DNA from: an uncultured virus (IMG/VR IMGVR_UViG_3300024289_000017)
Taxonomy: Duplodnaviria > Heunggongvirae > Uroviricota > Caudoviricetes
Length of the DNA: 20,000 nucleotides
Virus record (IMG/VR): IMGVR_UViG_3300024289_000017
Reading direction: 5' to 3' (one strand)
Positions 15,894-20,000 of the stretch are shown piece by piece. The notes below the pieces were generated by a model, which saw only the letters and a list, made by a program, of their open reading frames with translations, did no database searches and was not told the origin of the DNA. A program made the position numbers and the translations under genes. Every line of letters begins with the position of its first letter. Within the stretch, counting starts at the first letter, position 1.

Positions 15894-16124
15894 TTAACTG
15901 AAGAAAGTTCCGAAAGAACCTTTATCATCACCCAAACCTTTCATTCGATCTTCAAGTTTATCAAGAAGTTGATCTGTTTTAATTAAACTATCAATACGAC
16001 AAATAATTTCCGAAATTTCACGAGAAACAAAGGGTTTCTCTTGTCTTGCAGCATATGCTAAAGCATTTCGGAGATTACCTTCTGCTTCTTTCAAACTTTC
16101 TTCTACTGATTCACTTAGTGCCAT
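15894..16124 (-). CDS. hypothetical helical protein
   Basis: 76 aa ORF; GAGG ribosome-binding site. Confidence 0.8.
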   Translation of the reverse strand: MALSESVEESLKEAEGNLRNALAYAARQEKPFVSREISEIICRIDSLIKTDQLLDKLEDRMKGLGDDKGSFGTFFS

Positions 16125-16290
16125 TTAATCGATCCTCACATTTAGTATAAAAAGTTCCGTTGACATAACAGGACTTCCCTGGTTCATAGTATTTTATCGT
16201 AGGTGGGTTAGGTTGGTCAATGGTACATATATTTCCAGTTGACATTAACAATCCATTTAAACAATACATTACCAACTGCGGAAGTAACAT
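16111..16290 (-). CDS. small Cys-containing protein, 59 aa (MLLPQLVMYC...)
   Basis: manual translation; TAATG overlap. Confidence 0.65.
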   Translation of the reverse strand: MLLPQLVMYCLNGLLMSTGNICTIDQPNPPTIKYYEPGKSCYVNGTFYTKCEDRLNGTK

Positions 16291-16865
16291 TACCCCACAC
16301 TCACTTTACGCAATTCAAAACTACCATCACCACGATCAATCCATTCAATTTGGTCACCCTCTTTCAGGTTTGCTGCTTCTAACAAGTCATCAGGGAAACT
16401 GATAAAGTATTCTGTTTTATCGGTATCAGCATCTTTACATTCTTCAACAGGAAGTTGCCACTTTACAACTTTATCTCTCACTGGATAAATGTCTCCATCT
16501 TCAGTTATATGAAGTTTAGATTCTTCTGACCAATTATTAACATCTTCCCAAAAATCATTCCAAGATTTCATACATTCTGGTGAAGGGTCATCTTTATCAC
16601 AAGAAAGAATTTTGTCTGGATCATATGATCCTTCATAGTATTCTTTTTCACTCATCACCTCTTTATATGTCCAACCACCATTACCATTTAACAGTGCAAG
16701 GAGTTCATAAGCCTCAGATGTTTTTTGTTTATATGTGTAGTAGTTTTCTTTAACTACACCGACAATAACATCATAAATCTCCTGTGGTGTTGCTTCACCT
16801 GCAGACATTGCATCATAAAGCCAATTTTCTAGATTTTCAAGTGAATACTTTTTGTAATCAGTCAT
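16290..16865 (-). CDS. protein with a C-terminal AbrB/MazE-like DNA-binding domain
   Basis: YFISFPDDLLEAANLKEGDQIEWIDRGDGSFELRK; start at MTDYKK. Confidence 0.75.
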   Translation of the reverse strand: MTDYKKYSLENLENWLYDAMSAGEATPQEIYDVIVGVVKENYYTYKQKTSEAYELLALLNGNGGWTYKEVMSEKEYYEGSYDPDKILSCDKDDPSPECMKSWNDFWEDVNNWSEESKLHITEDGDIYPVRDKVVKWQLPVEECKDADTDKTEYFISFPDDLLEAANLKEGDQIEWIDRGDGSFELRKVSVG

Positions 16866-17064
16866 TTCTTGGTTTGGGTTTAGAGCAATCGTGGCAATAG
16901 TAAGAGAAACCATCGCGGAAGTATTTTACCACCTGATAGTGGTCTTTGTCAAGTGGTTTTTCCACACCACATTTATCACAGATCCTTGTCTTTCTTGAGG
17001 GACTTTCGGATTCGCTTGAGTTCTTTGAGTTCCATTTTAATATTTTTGTAAGCAGCATCAGCAT
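16858..17064 (-). CDS. possible small zinc-ribbon protein, start uncertain
   Basis: CDKC...CHDC; overlaps the upstream gene by 89 nt. Confidence 0.45.
   Translation of the reverse strand: MLMLLTKILKWNSKNSSESESPSRKTRICDKCGVEKPLDKDHYQVVKYFRDGFSYYCHDCSKPKPRND
16923..16952 (-). promoter_or_regulatory. sigma70-like promoter upstream of the AbrB-domain gene
   Basis: TTGACA (16947-16952), 18 nt ending TGG, TAAAAT (16923-16928). Confidence 0.55.
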
Positions 17065-17155
17065 CTAATTTGCCTCCCATTTCCATTGCAATGATAACAT
17101 CAACTCTTGTACCAAAGTGTGCTAATGCTTTTTCAAAATCGTCTAGTTCATACAT
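16976..17155 (-). CDS. hypothetical protein (MYELDDFEKAL...)
   Basis: ORF track; ATG at 17155. Confidence 0.75.
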   Translation of the reverse strand: MYELDDFEKALAHFGTRVDVIIAMEMGGKLDADAAYKNIKMELKELKRIRKSLKKDKDL

Positions 17156-17372
17156 TTTTCTTGTTCCAGTTCTCAAGAGTTAGAATATCTATGCGTGCAT
17201 CAACTGCATCAATAGAATTAGAGAGTTCATAAAAGCAATTGCTATTCTCTACACTTTCCGCTTCAAGTGCTTCAATTCTCAATTCAAGTTCAAGTAACTT
17301 TGAATAAACATCATCTTCAACAGAAAATTTTTCTGTTGATGCAAAAAACCATTCAATAAATTTTCTAATCAT
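17148..17372 (-). CDS. coiled-coil hypothetical protein
   Basis: ORF track; ATG at 17372. Confidence 0.75.
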   Translation of the reverse strand: MIRKFIEWFFASTEKFSVEDDVYSKLLELELRIEALEAESVENSNCFYELSNSIDAVDARIDILTLENWNKKNV

Positions 17373-17544
17373 TATCAAGAAGTCCGACAGATTTTAAGTA
17401 ACGCCTATATGACATAAAACGCCCCAGAGATGGTTGTCCTGGAGCATTTAATTGGTGGCAGATTTCGCAGTAACACAACCACTCATACCAAGGAGTAGTC
17501 TTATCAAAAACATGATAGGGATATTCTACAGCAGTTCTTTCCAA
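17365..17544 (-). CDS. hypothetical protein, 59 aa (MERTAVEYPYH...WLCYCEICH...)
   Basis: manual translation; TTG start with AAGGAG ribosome-binding site. Confidence 0.65.
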   Translation of the reverse strand: MERTAVEYPYHVFDKTTPWYEWLCYCEICHQLNAPGQPSLGRFMSYRRYLKSVGLLDND

Positions 17545-17699
17545 AATTGTTCTCCTTTTTGTAACGCTAATACGACAGTTGTATGCTCTCTCGCGTGCCT
17601 ATCAAGGTCTTTATCTTGAAAGTAAATGTTAGACCTTTCTACAGCACATTTAAAGATGTTAGCCCAAAACTGTTGATTAGGATTCAATCGTACTTTCAT
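17526..17699 (-). CDS. hypothetical protein (MKVRLNPNQQFW...)
   Basis: ORF track; ATG at 17699. Confidence 0.65.
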   Translation of the reverse strand: MKVRLNPNQQFWANIFKCAVERSNIYFQDKDLDRHAREHTTVVLALQKGEQFWKELL

Positions 17700-17895
17700 T
17701 TTTATTAAATCCAAATTTAATCTTCTCTTCTTCTGCACGAAGTTTGTGTGCAAGATTACAGACCGTTTCCATTACCTTGAGCGTGTCTTCTGTTGTGGCA
17801 TTTGTAGGCATACGACTATTAACAATGCGAAACAAAGGAAAGAATTGTTCTGCTGCTTGCTGTACTTCTTCAGGCGTCAGTGGTTTATTGTTCAT
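17677..17895 (-). CDS. hypothetical protein
   Basis: 72 aa ORF. Confidence 0.75.
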   Translation of the reverse strand: MNNKPLTPEEVQQAAEQFFPLFRIVNSRMPTNATTEDTLKVMETVCNLAHKLRAEEEKIKFGFNKNESTIES

Positions 17896-18040
17896 TTTTC
17901 AAATCAGGATGTGGTGCATACAAAGGACCAGAATAGTTACCAGCAAACTTTGCAAGTTCTTGAACTGCTTTTACAGTTTCTGGTGTTTCACTCCACTCAA
18001 AAGTTGTACCTGATTTTGTTGTAAAAGTTCTTTGAGTCAT
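17885..18040 (-). CDS. hypothetical protein (MTQRTFTTKSG...)
   Basis: ATG at 18040, downstream of a sigma70 promoter. Confidence 0.7.
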   Translation of the reverse strand: MTQRTFTTKSGTTFEWSETPETVKAVQELAKFAGNYSGPLYAPHPDLKNEQ

Positions 18041-18065
18041 ATTAGAGTTTATAGTTATCTTTTGT

Positions 18066-18094
18066 AGAATAGGTCTTTTCGGGTGATTTGTCAA
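18066..18094 (-). promoter_or_regulatory. sigma70-like promoter inside the remnant
   Basis: TTGACA (18089-18094), 17 nt, TATTCT (18066-18071). Confidence 0.7.
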
Positions 18095-18155
18095 ACTCAC
18101 CTTCTTGTTTTGCTTTCAAATACCAACGAGTTGCCTTTATACATTCTTCTTCAGT
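18082..18155. repeat. 74-bp direct repeat, copy downstream of rfbB
   Basis: 6 mismatches to 19228-19301. Confidence 0.9.
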
Positions 18156-18158
18156 TAG

Positions 18159-19187
18159 TCATAGAGTAATCCAGCGTTTGTTAATAAGAGTCCATTTTGT
18201 TACTTCTGCGATGCGTTCCCGTACAGATTTTGCGGGCACCCATCCCAGTTTTTTCATTTTATCACCATCCAGAGCATAACGCAAATCGTGCCCTGGACGG
18301 GAAGAATGGAAGTCTAGCAATTCATACTTCAGTTCTTTACCCTGTGCTTCTGCAATAATCTGAGCGAGTTCAAGATTATTCAGTTCTTCAGAACCAACAA
18401 TGTTAAATTTGGAGCACTTTGCACCACCCCAAGTTGGTTCAAATGTTCCTTGATAATTCAGAAGGAACAGAATGGCATCAGCAACATCTTCAGCGTGAAT
18501 ATAATGACGGGAACCAGGAATGGTACAGGTCTTGTCACTATGAATCGTCACAGTCTCACCATCACGAATGCGTTTGATACACATTGGAATGTACTTCTCA
18601 GGATGTTGACGCTCCCCAAACACATTCATCGTATGAGTAATGTAAATCGGAAGACCATAGGTGTTCTCATAGGCAACTGCAAGTTCTTCACCACCTGCTT
18701 TGGTTGCACTGTAAGGATTAGTGGAGTTGTACCGATCATTCTCCTTGTACTTGATACCATTCGGTGCAGGACCAAATACTTCATCCGTGCTGAAATACAC
18801 AAAGCGTTCCAGATTATCTTTTTGAAGACGCGCAAACTCCAGAATGTTGCAGGTTGCCACAACATTATCCAGAACAAACTCCATTGGATATTCAATACTG
18901 CGATCAACATGAGATCCAGCGGCAAGATGTAGAATATAATCCACATTTCCAACTTCACTACGGACCAAAGGATTAAGCTCTGCCTTGAGATCGTGATGAA
19001 CTACTTTGACACGTTTGCGAACTTCAGGATCAAATGAAAGCATCAAATCGTGCAGACGATTCAAGTTTCCACTATAATCAAGACGATCAAGTGTTACAAT
19101 GTCCCAATCAGTTGTTTTTAAAATTTGTCCAATCAAATGATGGGCAATAAATCCAGCACCGCCAGTAATTAAAACTTTTTTATTCAC
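18159..19187 (-). CDS. rfbB: dTDP-glucose 4,6-dehydratase-like NAD-dependent epimerase/dehydratase
   Basis: TGGAGFIA, HLAAGSHVDRSI, STDEVFG, YSATK, RPGHDLRY. Confidence 0.9.
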   Translation of the reverse strand: MNKKVLITGGAGFIAHHLIGQILKTTDWDIVTLDRLDYSGNLNRLHDLMLSFDPEVRKRVKVVHHDLKAELNPLVRSEVGNVDYILHLAAGSHVDRSIEYPMEFVLDNVVATCNILEFARLQKDNLERFVYFSTDEVFGPAPNGIKYKENDRYNSTNPYSATKAGGEELAVAYENTYGLPIYITHTMNVFGERQHPEKYIPMCIKRIRDGETVTIHSDKTCTIPGSRHYIHAEDVADAILFLLNYQGTFEPTWGGAKCSKFNIVGSEELNNLELAQIIAEAQGKELKYELLDFHSSRPGHDLRYALDGDKMKKLGWVPAKSVRERIAEVTKWTLINKRWITL

Positions 19188-19406
19188 TTACAATTTTCCC
19201 TCAACAGTTGAATCATAAGTTTTATCAGGTGATTTGTCAAACTCACCGTCTTGCTTTGCTTTCAAATACCAACGAGTTGCTCTAACACATTCTTCTTCAG
19301 TAAGTGAGGTAATAATACCTTTACCATCTGGATAATGTGATTGCCAAGTTCCCCAACTTTTTTGCTCCACATAAAAAGCATCGTCGTCATAAAACTGTTT
19401 ACTCAT
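19188..19406 (-). CDS. hypothetical protein
   Basis: 72 aa ORF; stop abuts the rfbB ATG. Confidence 0.8.
   Translation of the reverse strand: MSKQFYDDDAFYVEQKSWGTWQSHYPDGKGIITSLTEEECVRATRWYLKAKQDGEFDKSPDKTYDSTVEGKL
19212..19240 (-). promoter_or_regulatory. sigma70-like promoter upstream of rfbB, inside a coding sequence
   Basis: TTGACA (19235-19240), 17 nt, TATGAT (19212-19217). Confidence 0.7.
19228..19301. repeat. 74-bp direct repeat, copy upstream of rfbB
   Basis: matches 18082-18155. Confidence 0.9.
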
Positions 19407-19548
19407 AATGATTCAGTTGCCTCTGTAGTTCAATTCGTGTGGAGATTAGTTTACTGTATAGAAAGTCTTGATACTGATTTCCTTTTAGCAGTTCAGTAAG
19501 ATTATCAATCTGCATCATAGCAAGAATGAGTTTGGTTTTATCATCCAT
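19399..19548 (-). CDS. hypothetical protein, 49 aa (MDDKTKLILAMMQ...)
   Basis: manual translation; 8-nt overlaps with both neighbours. Confidence 0.7.
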   Translation of the reverse strand: MDDKTKLILAMMQIDNLTELLKGNQYQDFLYSKLISTRIELQRQLNHYE

Positions 19549-19690
19549 CGTCTTTCAGTTTTTGAAGATGTTCCATAATCGCTTTGGTGAAGTCGTCTTC
19601 AGTCCAGGTGTTGAGAATACTTTCCGTAGGAGAATTCTCATCCCAGGAGATATCGAAAGATCCGTCTTCATTTTCAGTTACCTGTATCAT
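19541..19690 (-). CDS. hypothetical protein, 49 aa (MIQVTENEDGSFDISW...)
   Basis: manual translation; ATGA overlap. Confidence 0.7.
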   Translation of the reverse strand: MIQVTENEDGSFDISWDENSPTESILNTWTEDDFTKAIMEHLQKLKDDG

Positions 19691-20000
19691 TTGTTAGACT
19701 TTGTATTGCGAGTAGTGTTTCGATTGGAATCCACGCTGGGTTTTCTTTTGCGAACTGCACTTGTACTTCCGTCACCTTTTGGTTTAGGTTTTTGTTCCAC
19801 ACTTCTCTTGTGTTTTTTACTGGGGACAGGGGGTTCATCACGATAATCAATCTTTGTGGTCTTACTATCCAGTTTATACCTTTCTAGATATTTTTGCAAG
19901 TGTTCTTCGCAAGAAAAATAACAAACCGTAGGATTTTTCTTTTCACCAAACTCTAATCGGTATGGGTGATTCTCATGAGGAAACAGTTCAGTAGAAATCA
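19687..20000 (-). CDS. hypothetical protein, start at or just beyond the window edge (ISTELFPHENHPYRLEF...)
   Basis: frame of ORF 19687..19899 stays open to 20000. Confidence 0.7.
   Translation of the reverse strand, partial: ISTELFPHENHPYRLEFGEKKNPTVCYFSCEEHLQKYLERYKLDSKTTKIDYRDEPPVPSKKHKRSVEQKPKPKGDGSTSAVRKRKPSVDSNRNTTRNTKSNK

Larger units (their letters stand above)
18042..18158 (-). pseudogene. start-less 3' remnant of the 19188-19406 gene (LTEEECIKATRWYLKAKQEGEFDKSPEKTYSTKDNYKL)
   Basis: 68/74 nt identical to 19228-19301; in frame directly after the rfbB TGA. Confidence 0.8.

Noticed and set aside
1442..18958. Alternative-frame minus ORFs 1442..1636, 8027..8233, 9163..9375, 11506..11700, 12052..12246, 18626..18958
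   Set aside because: Nested in better-supported genes and without recognisable features
1461..19846. All plus-strand ORFs in the track (e.g. 4348..4962, 13089..13919, 18450..18932)
   Set aside because: They lie antisense to coherent, tightly coupled minus-strand genes and show no motifs or expression signals

Overview
This window looks like part of a T4-like cyanophage (cyanomyovirus-type) genome. The assignment is inferred from gene style and promoter motifs; no hallmark structural gene is present. All credible genes are on the minus strand, and the plus-strand ORFs are antisense shadows. The left part is an array of short hypothetical genes in modules, each headed by a repeated double-palindrome promoter element (8 copies in the window). 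The array also contains a ligase-motif protein, two late-promoter basic proteins with a T4 capsid-targeting-like sequence, and a translationally coupled pair: a HinP1I/MspI-like endonuclease and a DruA/Mom-like protein. That pair is the best candidate for an undescribed restriction-modification-like system. The middle holds an SF2 helicase, a PD-(D/E)XK nuclease, a ParB-like protein, a Dam-type methylase and an AT-rich 559-aa late gene. The right part has small genes, an AbrB-domain protein and an rfbB-like dTDP-glucose 4,6-dehydratase flanked by a 74-bp duplication that carries a sigma70 promoter. By manual scan, CCGG and RGCY 4-mers are strongly depleted. Family calls come from motif recognition only; no searches were run.
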